From Camelus ferus (Eukaryota): a stretch of DNA of 64,000 nt. The stretch is from positions 73,100,001-73,164,000 of the forward strand of contig NC_045696.1 of the NCBI RefSeq assembly GCF_009834535.1, given 5' to 3'. The translations under genes and the position numbers were made by a program. Numbering within the stretch: position 1 is the first letter of the stretch; each line of letters opens with the position of its first letter. Of this stretch, positions 12,356 to 24,299 are shown piece after piece. A model generated the notes under the pieces. The model made no database searches and was not told the origin of the DNA. It saw only the letters and a list, made by a program, of their open reading frames with translations.

Positions 12356-14262
12356 TTAATGATTTTTTTCTTAACAGTTTGCTTGACTCTTACACAAGCT
12401 GTGTAGTCACACCATAGAAAATCGAAGCCTACAGTCCTTAGGTGGAATAAGCAACCATGTCAGCGATGCGATTTAAAGGAGCACTGAGTGTCCTACAGTC
12501 CAAAAATCTGTAAGTCGCCAGCCTGTCATAATGTCATTTGAGGCAATCCTTAGAGGCTTTCTGTATAATAATCACACCCAATGCTTTATTTATTTTTTGG
12601 TTACTAGTAGTCATAGCTTGATAAACTATAAAATGCCTCTCCAAAACTTCCATTTTTCTTGTGTATATTTCCACCTTATCTACTGAAAGACTGAAGTGAC
12701 AGCCCATGACCTTTTTACTATAATAACCTGTGGGACATTCAAGTTACACAGAATATTGATATCACTCTGGGGGGTTGGAGGAGGAGCAAGTGAGGGAAGG
12801 AGGGAAAGAGAAACTTAATTCTTCACAGGTTTTTGTTGTTGTTGTTAAAATGCCCTGGAAAGTTCTAGGTTTTAATGGAGATTTCATTGTGAATCTGCAC
12901 AGTCATGGTTTTGTGAACTTGTTCCTGCTGATGGAGTTAATTTTGTCTTGGCAGGTGAATGTAGTTCTGAAAAAAAAAAGAGTATTGTGCTCTATGGACA
13001 CATGCTGATCCCTCTCACCCCAAAATACTGAACATTAAACAGGAGTAGGGAACTCTGGCCCCTCTTAACTGTTGAAGGGTAACTTAAAATTGATAATTTC
13101 TGTTTAGACTTTTAGTCTAGTAAGGTTGTCAATTGGGGTCTTCTAGGAAGGAATGTGTTTTTTTCCTCCTAAGTTTTACAGTATTTGCTAGATCTTTTTC
13201 TTTTTCCTTGAAGAAGGTTAGCAATATCTCAGGAAAACCATACACCACATCAGAGGGAATGGGAGTGAGGGGTGTAGAGAAAGTAATGTAAGAGCTGGTG
13301 AAGCAGAAAGGGATCTCTATATAAAAATGTTAGGAACCAAGAAGTAGGATAGTAGGAATATGCAACCTACTTAATACATAAAATATCCAAAAGTTTAGTG
13401 GCTTTCAGTATCAGTGAATTACAGGACATTCCTGCAGGCCCGCTGTATTAGTGACAGGGAAGTTGAACTCAGCAGCCACAACACACTAATCCATTCAGGG
13501 CCGGATGGATAAGGAAACTGTGTTGGTGAGGCAGCCGGTTGCTATGCAGTATTAGTGTTCCGCTTTAATTGTGCTTATTGCAGTGCTGGACGCTCCATAC
13601 CTGCATGCACGACCTTCTAGCCCTTCTCAAATCTAAGCACACTATGAACATGATTTTTGTGCTCCAGACTCACCAGTTTTTAAATTATTTCTATGTTGCA
13701 AATTAGAAATTAAGCATCATGGTGAACTCAAGAACATGAGCAAATAAGAAACAAGGCTTTGGACAGAATAAGACTGTGAACAGAAAATTCCACTTTCCAC
13801 TGCTGATTTCTATCACAAAATTCCAGTGACTCTATGAAAAACATTTCCCCCCTTTCTTCTTGATAGTCTGTGTATGTTTGTTGTCAAATATGAAAAAAAA
13901 AAACTGTGATAGAAGAAGAGAGACAGCTTTTGAGATCTGTGATTTTGGTTTAGGTAAAGCTGCTCTACAAGCAGTTTCTTGTCGGGTCAACAAGCCTGTG
14001 TGTGTTTTGGCATAGAACTGAGAGTGCTAATGCCTAATCCACTTAGAATAACCCTTTCAGGGATGTTGAGATATCCAGGCGATAAACTGACAGCAGTAGA
14101 GGAGGATGAAATACTAGAACTTTATCAACCTTAAGAAAAAGTTGCAAAAACTGGATCCACTAGTTTGTAGACTTGCAATTTTCTATCTAGATGGCTATTG
14201 GAGTTTCTGTTATAACTTTCAGTCACTTTCTCTTGGGATAATAATACATGCTTGTATCAACA

Positions 14263-14630
14263 AGGCAGCATGGTATAATGGAAAGGATGGAACTTAGGAA
14301 CCAGGTAGATGTGAGTTTGAGTCCTATCTCTGCCCCTTTTTAGCTGTGTAATTTATTTATTTATTTATTTTTGGAGCTTGGAGTTCATTCGTTTAATGAG
14401 CACTTACTGAACTCCTGCTCTGGCCTAGTTAGTGCTGGCTCTACCTTTCATGAAACTACATTTACTCATAACTGTAAATTTAGACAAATTACTTCACTTT
14501 GCCAAACCTCTGGTTCCTCATTTGAGGACAACAGTTGTAACTTGTAGTCTTTGTAAGGACTAAATAGGGTAATTTACATTAATCTTCTTCTACAATGCCT
14601 GAACTGTAATAGGACTTGTTAAGTGATAGT
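14263..14630 (+). mobile_element. MIR, interrupted by an insert at about 14355-14470
   Basis: aggcagcatggtataatggaaagg ... gagtttgagtcctatctctgcccctttttagctgtg, resuming with gacaaattacttcactttgccaaacctctggttcctcat. Confidence 0.8.
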
Positions 14631-14859
14631 TCTCTCTCAGCTGTCCTCTTCCTCCACAGACACAGGCAACTGAAGTTGTAATAAATGTATCTGCATGTAT
14701 GTTCCAGAGAGGATTTAAGGTGGTTTTAATTTGGTGATTGGACCCAATGGTTTCCTAGTAAAATTTGAGAATGAGGAAGTTATTTTTCCTTTTTTTCATG
14801 AGAGATATTTTAAGGCTAATAGCATTTACTTTTTCTTTTTTCCATTCTGTGCATTGTAT

Positions 14860-15334
14860 ATATATTTTTTCTTTTCTTTCTTTCTTTTTTAATTGATGTA
14901 TAGTCCGTTTCCAATGCTTGTGTCAGTTTCTGGTGTACAGCATAATGTTTGTCATACATATATATATATTCATTTTCATTATAGGTTGGTACAAGATATT
15001 GGATATAGTTCCCTATGCTACACAGTATAAACTTGTTCTTCATCTATTTTATACATAGTAGTTAGTATCTGCAAATCTCAAACTCCCAATTTATCCCATC
15101 CCACCTCCTATATCCCCTGGTAATCGTAAGTTTATTCTCTGTGTCTGTGAGTCTGTTTCTGTTTTGTAAATAAGTTCATTTGTCTTTTTTTTAGATTCCA
15201 CATATAAGCAGCATCATATGGTATTTTTCTTTCTCTTTCTGGCTTACTTCATTTAGAATAACCATCTCCAGTTCCATCTATGTTGCTGCAAATGGCATTA
15301 TTTTATTCTTTTTTTATAGCTGAGTAGTATTCCA

Positions 15335-15377
<43 letters not shown>

Positions 15378-15715
15378 CACATGTTCATTTGTCATTGGAT
15401 ATTTGGGTTGTTTTCATGTCTTGGCTATTGTAAATAGTGCTTCTGTGGACATTGGGATGCCTGTGTCTCTTTGAATTATAGATTTCTTTGGATACATGCC
15501 CAGGAGTGGGTTTGCTGGATCATACGGTAACTCGATTTTTAGTTTTTTAAGGTACCTCCATACTGCTGTCCATAGTCAGGCTGCACAACTTAGATTTCCA
15601 CCAGCAGTGTAGAAGGGTCCCTTTTTCTCCACACCCTCTACAGCATTTATTTGTAGACTTTTTAATGATGGCCATTCTGACTGGTGTGAGGTGATACCTC
15701 TCTGTAGTTTTGATT
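14860..15715 (-). mobile_element. Young camelid-type L1 3' end (truncated) containing (TG)n
   Basis: aattgatgtatagtc..tttctggtgtacagcataatg, ccctatgctacacag, ttctgactggtgtgaggtgatacctc. TSD ttctgtgcattgtat (14845-14859) / ttctgtgcattatat (15716-15730). Confidence 0.93.
15337..15374. repeat. (TG)n microsatellite
   Basis: Uninterrupted tg run. Confidence 0.97.
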
Positions 15716-15959
15716 TTCTGTGCATTATATTTGATGATCTTTGGGATAAGTGGTCTAACAACATATTGGCAAATTGCACAATGATGTTCTAAATGTCAGT
15801 AATGCTAAATTTTATGTGTATTGTATCAGAATAAAAAAGAGAAGAAAGAAAAAAATAGAAATAAACAATGTTCTTCCTTAAAAAAATGGCAATGCCAGTA
15901 GTTCCTGGTAAATAACATCTGTTATCCATTGCTTTGTGGCTAAAGCATAGAACTGAAAT

Positions 15960-16640
15960 GAATAAAATAAATGGCTTAAGAGTTTGAATTGTGAAGAGTA
16001 TCTTTAAAAATTCATATATTACAAAGATGTTTATCACAGAATTATTTATAATAATGAAAAACTGAAAGCAATCTAAATGGCTCATATTAGGAAAATGAGT
16101 AGGAACAGTAATATAAATTTATTGAGCACTTACTAACACTTACTATGTATCAGACACTTTTAAGTATTTTATACGTATTAACTCTTTTAGTTCTAACAAT
16201 AAAACAATGAAGTAGGTAGGACTGTTATTCACATTTTATCGATGAGGCCCAGAGGTGTTAGTAAATTGCCCAAATTCACACTACTGGTAAATGGCAGATC
16301 AGGGTTCCTACCTAGGCATGTGAGTTTGTGCCCAAATTTGAGGTATTGAGATAATGTAATATTTTGCAACCTTAAAATGCTGCCTAAAACATTTTTGATG
16401 ACACAAAAGTGATTATTGTATAACAAAGCAAAAAATGTAGGATAAAAATTATATGTGCAGTAAATGATCAATTTTGGAAAAAAAAATCTATGGAAGAAAT
16501 ACTGAAAGAAAATGTTTATATTGGTTGTCCCTGGAAGAGTAGAATTATTATTTGTTTTCTCTTGTATGTAGTTTTGATACCTTAATCATTTCTTAAGTTA
16601 ATTTACATTCACTTTATATTCAGAAATAATAAACTATTTA
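15960..16640 (+). mobile_element. Ancient L1ME-like fragment split by a MIR
   Basis: acaaagatgtttatcacagaattatttataataatgaaaaactgaaagcaatctaaatg, resuming after the MIR. Confidence 0.65.
16105..16340 (-). mobile_element. MIR
   Basis: atttattgagcacttact, cacattttatcgatgaggcccagaggtgttagtaaattgcccaa. Confidence 0.88.
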
Positions 16641-16714
16641 CAATAGCATCTCATTTACTTAGTATTTTTATGAATATCTAAATTATTCCATATAGGTGAA
16701 ATATGTTTTAGTTT

Positions 16715-16895
16715 TGGGAAGGACCTTCGTAAAGTGATTTAATTCAGTTTTCCAGCCAGTGCTTAAATCCATTCAGTAATACCCATACCAGGAGACTTTT
16801 GAGTTATATTTGAATACTCTTTTGTTGATGGAAAATTCACTATTTCTCAAGGCAGTGCAATCCATTAATAAACATTTTTTACTCTGAGAACTTCC
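16715..16895 (-). mobile_element. L3/CR1 fragment
   Basis: gatggaaaattcactatttctcaaggcagtgcaatccatt...actctgagaacttcc resembles the L3 3' region. Confidence 0.55.
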
Positions 16896-17309
16896 AAAGC
16901 CTAATCTTTTATGAAAAGAACCTTTTCTTTTTATATTTTATACATTATATGCATGCTGGTGGAATGGTCTGCTGCAGGATTCTAGACCCCAGCTCTGGAA
17001 AGAGGACCTTGTTATCTGGGGTATTCTATTATTGCCTGAACCCTTCCTCTGAGACATAACCCTTTATTCTGCCCCCACCTGCTTTCTGGTCTGCTAGTCT
17101 ATGAGGATCTCTGCTGGTGTTCTTAGTGTTGCTTACGTTACCATGCCTGGCTATTTGATTTTTATGTGTAAAGAAGCTATGACAACTGCCCTAAACTGTC
17201 TCAGTGAGCACCCCACAGGAGGAGACCCCAATAGTGATAATCTTGTACTGTTTCTTGTCATTCAGGATAACATTCCTTTCAAGAAGAACATACAGAACTT
17301 TTTATTATT

Positions 17310-17570
17310 ATGAGTAATAATTTCTATTGATTGAGCAGTTCCCATATGGCAGGCACAGTGCTGGAACTTTAAAAATCATGACCCACTTCATTATTATCAC
17401 CCTTAGATATGTATTCTTCCTATTTTGCAGATGATGCTGGTGCCAATAATGCCTAGAGGGATTGAATAATTAACCCAAGGTCACAAAGGCAGTGAATGGC
17501 AGAGCTAGGACTATAACCTAGGTCTTTCTGACCTCATTGTCATTGTTCTTTCAACGTCACTATACTGCTT
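17310..17570 (-). mobile_element. MIR
   Basis: ttgagcagttcccatatggcaggcacagtgct, cctattttgcagatga, cccaaggtcacaaaggcagtgaatggcagagctagga. Confidence 0.88.
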
Positions 17571-18694
17571 CTCTACTTAAATCATAGCCTTCTTCTTGAT
17601 GAGTCAGGATCATAATGATGAACGTCAGTGATTGTGCTGTGCTGCAGAACAGTGGCGTCTTCAGAGGTTTATAGGTCACAGACTATGTTTGGGATTCTTC
17701 TGTCTATCGTGTTATAATGAGGCTATTGGGTCCTCTGCTGCTTACAGGTGTGACAGGCCCATTATATGTTCTGATATGCAACTTTTTATTTCTATATGGC
17801 ATTATTTAAATTAATGTGTTAATGGCTTGCATTTCATGGAGGATTCAGTGAGCTCTGAGGGAAGTTTTGGGGGGCTTCTCTTTTGTGTCTTAAGTACATG
17901 AATGTTAACGGGTGTGCTTTGCAACTCAGAAACTCAGTTCTAGGCAATGTTCCATATATTGCTGAATAAATGAGATGAGGTATATTGTAAGTTCTATCAA
18001 TCTGTAGCTCAGTGGACAGATTTTATAAATACACCATCAAACATTGACTGTTAAATGCAGAAAATATTTGTCCATATCTCCTTACCTACCACTACCTCTG
18101 CTCCAAATCTTACTCTTATCCTTGCCTGCCTTTAGGTGGGATGGCTATACAGCTCTCCTTCCCAGGACTACCCTGGATTAATACTTTTTATAGTTATATA
18201 TAATTATTAATAGCACCCCTTTAATTGTTACAAGAATTAGAAGTGATAAAGTTTATGATCACCCTACCTTCATGGCAATGCTGATTGTGTGGGGCTCCCT
18301 CTGTGTGGGTCTGTTCATTGGAAAGCCAAACACTTTGAGCATTAAGACCTTGGTACTCAAGAGTAATTGTCAAGACTTTTTTCTTGCCCTCTTGTGTTTT
18401 AGAATTGGTTGGGCTGTGAGACAATTTTTTTCTTTAGAGACATAAGAGGGTACAGCATCTACTATTTTATGGGTTTTCAACATTTAAAAAATACTGTCAG
18501 ATTTCCCTTACAGATTATGAAGATTTCTTAAGGACTGTGAGATAGGCACTAGGCAACCATTATTTTGAGCTGCTTTTGACTGCCTTCCAATTTATATTTA
18601 TATAAGATGGCAACCTGATTTAGGCATTTAAAACAACAACAGAGCTAGAGCAGGGCTTAGGTCTTAAGGAAAGTGAATAATAATTCAGTAGCTT

Positions 18695-18782
18695 GGAGAG
18701 AGAGGGAAGAGGGGGAGGAAGAGGAAGTGGCAGGAGAAGAGGAAAAAGGAGGAGGAGGCAGAGGAAGAAGAGATGGAAGGAT
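18695..18782. repeat. GA-rich low-complexity polypurine tract
   Basis: ggagagagagggaagagggggaggaagaggaagtggcaggagaagaggaaaaaggaggaggagg. Confidence 0.85.
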
Positions 18783-19224
18783 AGATTCAGGTTCTGCAGC
18801 CTGATGGCTCCTGGCATTACCAGATAGGCAAGCTCAGGTTCAGATTAGCCTGGATAGAATGAGAAGAATGGAGACCATGTGTTCACGATACCAGTTATCC
18901 TGATGACAACACACTTGTTTAATTCAGACTCAAACTATTTCAGAATATCCAGATCTATCTATACTGTTGTGTAAACATAAATGAGCTTGATGTTGTTTTC
19001 TTTGTTTTATGCAGCTAAATAAGTGATTGCACATAATTTTCAGGTTTTATCTACCACTCAAGACTGAAATGTGATGAAGTGCTGCAGAATGATGACTAAG
19101 AACTTGTGGCTAGAACCTATTAGGTCAGGTCCAGGTACTCCCCAGGGTGGCTACTTTCACACAACTTGCACATTTCAGAGATCAAGGGAGACAGGGCTCA
19201 GGTCACAAGGATCTCAGGAACATG

Positions 19225-19445
19225 AGCAGCAACAGTAACACCACTGCTGAGTGCCTTCTATGTGCCAGACACCATTCTAAGAGCTGTGCATGCCCTCTCA
19301 CTACACCTCGGAGCAACCCTGAAACATAAGTATTGTGCTCTTCTGTGGACAAGGAAGTTAGCTTCAGAGAGTGTAAGTCACATTCCCAAGATCACCTGGC
19401 TGGATATGAACTCAGGTTTCTCTGGTTTCAAAGATGCTCTTTCTA
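19225..19445 (-). mobile_element. MIR
   Basis: gctgagtgccttctatgtgccagacaccattctaagagct, cccaagatcac, tgaactcaggt. Confidence 0.8.
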
Positions 19446-19589
19446 AGGGGACCTTCTAAAGTCATTGCTAGAACTATAAACCTATTTTTATACTATAATT
19501 AAATTTGCAAACTGAATGACTTATTTTCCTCTTCTACCCTAGGAGGGAGTACTCTCTTGCCCTCCCTGAATGCTAGTATCTTAGACCAC

Positions 19590-19775
19590 TCAGAAGACTC
19601 TTAACAATATCCTGCTTGGTGTTACAGCTATTGGTGTCCACTGTCTATTCCCCTTACTGGCTGTACTGTGTTCCTCCAAGAGTCTGAGGCCATGTCTTCT
19701 GCATCTTTGTTTTTCCATGACACCCATCCTTGCACACAGTAGCTATTCAAGAAATACTTGTTGAGTGAATGAGTG
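19590..19775 (+). mobile_element. L2 3' end
   Basis: tgcacacagtagctattcaagaaatacttgttgagtgaatgagtg. Confidence 0.75.
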
Positions 19776-19857
19776 TCACATACTGTTAATACTAAAATGT
19801 ACTTATTACAAAACTCACCTGAGCAAGATTAAGAGTAGCAGTTGTCTCCCTGGAAGA

Positions 19858-20019
19858 TTGCTTCTCAGACATTAATGTGTAAATTCATTACTTGGGCATG
19901 GTGTAAAAACACAGGTTCTGATTCAGTGGGTCTGGAGTGGGGCTTGAGATTCTACATTTCTAACAAGCTCAGGTGATGCCCGTGCTGCTGGCCTGCTGCC
20001 CACACTTTGAGTAGTAAGG
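19858..20019. mobile_element. MER5A-type hAT MITE
   Basis: ttctgattcagtgggtctggagtggggcttgagattctacatttctaacaagctcaggtgatgc..cacactttgagtag. Confidence 0.88.
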
Positions 20020-20320
20020 CCTTAGAATGAGAAAGTTAAGAAGAAAACTCTGGGGGACTCAGTTTTCTAAGCAGGGACCAAAGGGAATTCTTGGGAAATA
20101 GGAGGAGCATTTGCTTCAAAGGCAAATTTAGGTGGGATCTGTTCAAAAAGGCATGGGAAAAGGGATAGAAATTTGGGAGAATTTAGGAGACAGTTCTTTC
20201 AGTCAACAAGCATTTATTAAATGCCTACTCTGTACAAGTCACTGTGTGAGTCACACGAGGCACCATCATGCATGTTATTCCTAGGTCTTGCTGTGGATTG
20301 GAGACTACTGCTAGCTAGCT

Positions 20321-20503
20321 GTGTGTTCTCAAACTTGTGTGTGCACTGGAGTCACCTTGAGTGTTAAATCACCCTTTCCTGGGCCCCTTTGTAAGAGATT
20401 TCTGTGCAGCAGGTGGGAGTAGGGCCCATGATTTTGCATTTATAACCAGCTCACAGGTGAAGCCAAAGTTGCTGGTCTGAGGTCTGCACTTTGAGAACCA
20501 CTG
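20321..20503. mobile_element. MER5A-type hAT MITE
   Basis: gttctcaaactt ... tgcatttataaccagctcacaggtga ... cactttgagaaccactg. Confidence 0.88.
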
Positions 20504-20859
20504 TTCGAGGGCAATGAACTTAATCTCTGAGGTTCCTTTCAGCTCAAAACCTGAGATCTATGTTACCCTGAACATAAACATGAAACTAGGTTAGCTGGCT
20601 AGAGACCTGGGTCAATTAACATAGTCGGTCACCTATGCTTTGTGGTCAGTGGGGACACCTGAAGGTATCTGCTAGTAAATAGCAAGCTTAGCTTTAATGA
20701 GGTAATTGGTTAAAATATACACAATTAGGAGCTACATACACAATGTCAGCTGTGGTCACCTATGGATGATTTTTTTCTTCATTTTTTTTATACATTATAA
20801 ATTTAATATAATGAATAGATAATGGTTTTCTAAGTATAAAGCAAACTTTTTTGTATTTT

Positions 20860-21225
20860 ATGTATTTTTTAAATTGAAGTATAGTTGATTTACAATGTGT
20901 TGGTTTCAGGTGTACAGCAAAGTGATTCAGTTATACATATATTCTTTTTCAGATTCTTTTCTATTATAGGTTATTACAAGATAGTGAATATAGTTACCTG
21001 TGCTATACAGTAGGTCCTTGTTGTTTATGTGTTTTATATATAGTAGTGTGTATCTGTTAATCCTAAACTCCTACTTTGTCCTCCTCCATTTTCTCCTTTG
21101 GTAACCGTTAAGTTTTTCTATGTCTGTCAGTCTGTTTCTGTTTTATAAATAAGTTAACTTGTATCTTTTTTTTTTTTTTAAAGATTCCACATATAAGTGA
21201 TATCATGTGATATTTGTCTCTCTTT
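20860..21225 (-). mobile_element. L1 3' UTR fragment (artiodactyl type)
   Basis: aaattgaagtatagttgatttacaatg, ggtgtacagcaaagtgattcagttatac, tgtgctatacagtaggtccttg, agattccacatataagtgatatcat. Confidence 0.92.
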
Positions 21226-21903
21226 TTGTGTTGTAAGTCAAGGTCCAGGATACCTGTTATGACCTTCACATCTACTTTTTCCATAAAAACATCCTTCAAC
21301 TAAATGACATATGAACCAAAGTCATCTTTTTTCAAGTGTCTCTATTCATACCAAAGAAGGGCTCTTATTTTGATTTTTTTTTTTGTTTTTTTTTAGCGAT
21401 AAAGTCTTTGAAAGGCAGCTCTAACTAAAATAAAGACACACTGTAATTAAGTATTCTATAGTAAATCTTTCATTGAAGGGCAATTTGTATATAATTCTAA
21501 AGTACACTGCAGTCAGTAGGCATTAAATGTGCATGTGTATAGGTATGTGTGTCTGCATATGTATGTGTGTGTTTGATTGGATCATAAGGATATACTGTGA
21601 AATGATCAACTCTGTCTTCAGAGTTCTCATTGGTCTCTAACCTGTCTCCCCAGGAACTCATTAGTTGTGCCCTGGCCGTGCAGGTCCCTTTCCTCCCAGT
21701 CCCTGTCCCTAGTACACACACACACACACACTCTCCTGCTCTGAATCACCCTTTCTTTCAGCAAAGCTTCTGCTCTAATCAGAGCAGTATCTTTCCTTTT
21801 CCCACCAGAGAACACTAAACTGAAGGCCCCTGACAGGCCATTTCTACCTACTTATCCTGCATCCATCAAAAACACCTGGTACAGGGCTTGGTTAATGTTT
21901 CTT

Positions 21904-22019
21904 TCTTTTTTTTTTTTTTTAAATTGAAGTATAGTCAGTTTACAATGTGTCAATTTCTGGTGTACAGCATAATGTTTCAGTCATACATATACAAATATTC
22001 GTTTTCATATTTCTTTTTT
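21904..22019 (-). mobile_element. Short young L1 3'-terminal fragment with poly(A)
   Basis: Poly-T then aaattgaagtatagtcagtttacaatgtgtcaatttctggtgtacagcataatgtttcagtcatac. Confidence 0.9.
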
Positions 22020-22029
22020 GAACACTTTG

Positions 22030-22154
22030 CTTTTTTGGGTCGGGGAGGTAATTAGATTTATTTATTATTTATCTTTAATAGGAGTACTGGGGTTTGAACC
22101 CAGGGCCTTGTGCATAGTATGCACATGCTCTGCCACTGAGCTATACTCTCCCCC
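22030..22154 (-). mobile_element. tRNA-Ala-derived camelid SINE (vic-1 type)
   Basis: Minus strand reads gggggagagtatagctcagtggcagagcatgtgc...ggccctgggttcaaaccccagtactcc then aaataaatctaattacctcccc. Confidence 0.92.
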
Positions 22155-24299
22155 TACTGGGTAATGTTTCTTGAATGACTGCCATTAGCTTTTGTCACTA
22201 CCCCCCACCCCCTACCCCAGCAGACACTTGCTCTCACTGTCTTCTCGGCAGGTCTTTTTCCCTCCCTTCATAAGGTCTTTTGAGGCTGCTTCAGCCTTCT
22301 CTGGAGCGCTCCTTTCCCTGAACCACTACTGCATTGAAATCCCCACCCTACAGGTTAACATATGTACTCTGATATTTTTTGTGCAGATTTTGACCTCCCA
22401 ACCAGATTACAAATTCTGGCTAGATTTTAAAACTCTGTTTCCCACAGTTTCAGAGCAACAGTGTAATTCTGAGGTTAATTTCTGAATGCTCTCACCACTT
22501 TTATTTTCTGGAACAAATTCTTCATATATGTTAATGACTGTTAATGACCTGATGCCGCCTTCTCTCTATTATGATATATAAACATAAGTGTAACACATAT
22601 TACAGCCCCTTCTCCCCATCAGCCCTGCTGGTTTAACCCCCTCTGGAGGCTCTCCTCCTCCTCAGGTAAAGCGGGCCCGGGCCCATGCGCAGCTCCTGTT
22701 CAGTCTGTCATCCTATCTTACACTTCCTTCCAGCTCTGGGGCCCCCAGACCTATGCCCGCTGCCTGGTGTCTCCCCTCCCCTTCCCCCTCTCCTGCTTTG
22801 CCTGTCTCTGGTCCTTCAGGTCTCCTAAGTGCTTGACAAACATCCCTACCCTGTGCGAACACTTCGCTTTTAATTTAAGTTGTGTTGTTTCTTGTCTAAT
22901 TCCCATCTACATTTTAAGTGGCTTTAGGATGGAAACAGTTTATAATTCATTTGTCACTTTTTTGGGAGGGAAGCATAAAGAAAAGTGTTTCGCGCATAAG
23001 TTCTTAATAAACATTTCTTTAGTACTGGATATGCAAATAATTCTTTGTCCCAAATGAGTGACTTTTTAATGTGGTATATCAAGCGCTTCAGCAAGTCCAT
23101 TAGAGGACATACTTTAGAGGTGGGGGGACTGTTTTTCTTAAATCCCACTGGGAGGAGATTATCTGTGCCTTGATCCAATCTTGGGTATCTTTCAACCAAA
23201 CTGCAGAGGAGAGGAAGAGAGAAAATATCTCTTCCTTCCAGTCCTTGCCTTCTCACAAATGGATACAAACCTTCCATAGGGTGTGGTAATTTGGAATCTG
23301 CAACATTGGAACTGGTGGCTTATTATTCTCAGGAAATTATGGTTAAGGGAAATGAAAGTGGCTCTGATTGCTGGCGTTAAAGCGTACATGTCTACAATCA
23401 GCGCACATCCCAGAATCTTCACCCCATCTTCATCTCTACCTAATGTGGCCCCTAAGGCAAAAGCTGTTTATCATTATACTTCAGCCCCCTCAGATTGACT
23501 ATTACTTAGGGTTGTCCAGTCAAAGAACTCTGTGCCAGGAAAAACGAGGAGACGTGGGTTGCAGCTCTAGCTTTGATTCTAGCTTTAGGATTAAGGGGGT
23601 CTTTCCCTACTTTGGGTCCCATTTAACAAATCTCCCAGTAGAAAAAGTAGGACTGCATTATCTTGCTACAGTGCCTTCAAATTTTCCTCCTGATACTCAT
23701 TTTAACCTGATTTCACTGAAACAAAAAGGGAGAAAAGAGTAAGAGAGAGAAAAGAAAAATAGTAGGGGTGTTTGGTAAAATCATGGTTTGTGGATTTATG
23801 TGTGATGGTGATTTTGTCTCAGGAACTACATTCCCTAGAAGTGACAAGTGCAGATTCCATTGATGTGATCCAGCAGGCTCCTCCCACTGGACTGGGGATC
23901 CTCTAGATCAGCACATTGTTTGGGAAAAAGCAGGAGTAATCTCAGAGGGTGATTTGTGAGAAATGAAGACAATTGGTTTAAATTAACTCACTTTGTTCAT
24001 CCTTTTTGTCACCCCCCCATTCATATCAGCCTGCTCAAAAGTTGTTATTCCAGTGTACTTTAAAACAATATCTGAATTTCTAGGTAATTAAACAGTAGAG
24101 ATCATTTTAATCTCTTCACTGGTATATTAGTTTTTGATCACTGGAAAAGGCCAGCTGACTTTTCATTTTCTAATTTACATGGCATCTACCAATGGGAATG
24201 TGTTCTCTAGGCAAAACCACAGGGAGTCTTAAAACACTGCATTTTAAATAATAACCTTTGCCAGAACAATAATCTTCACTGCCCTAAAACACTATTGGT

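Noticed and set aside
22767..23742. Overlapping 70-124 aa ORFs on both strands
   Set aside because: No recognisable domains, several start at non-ATG codons, and lengths are in the chance range
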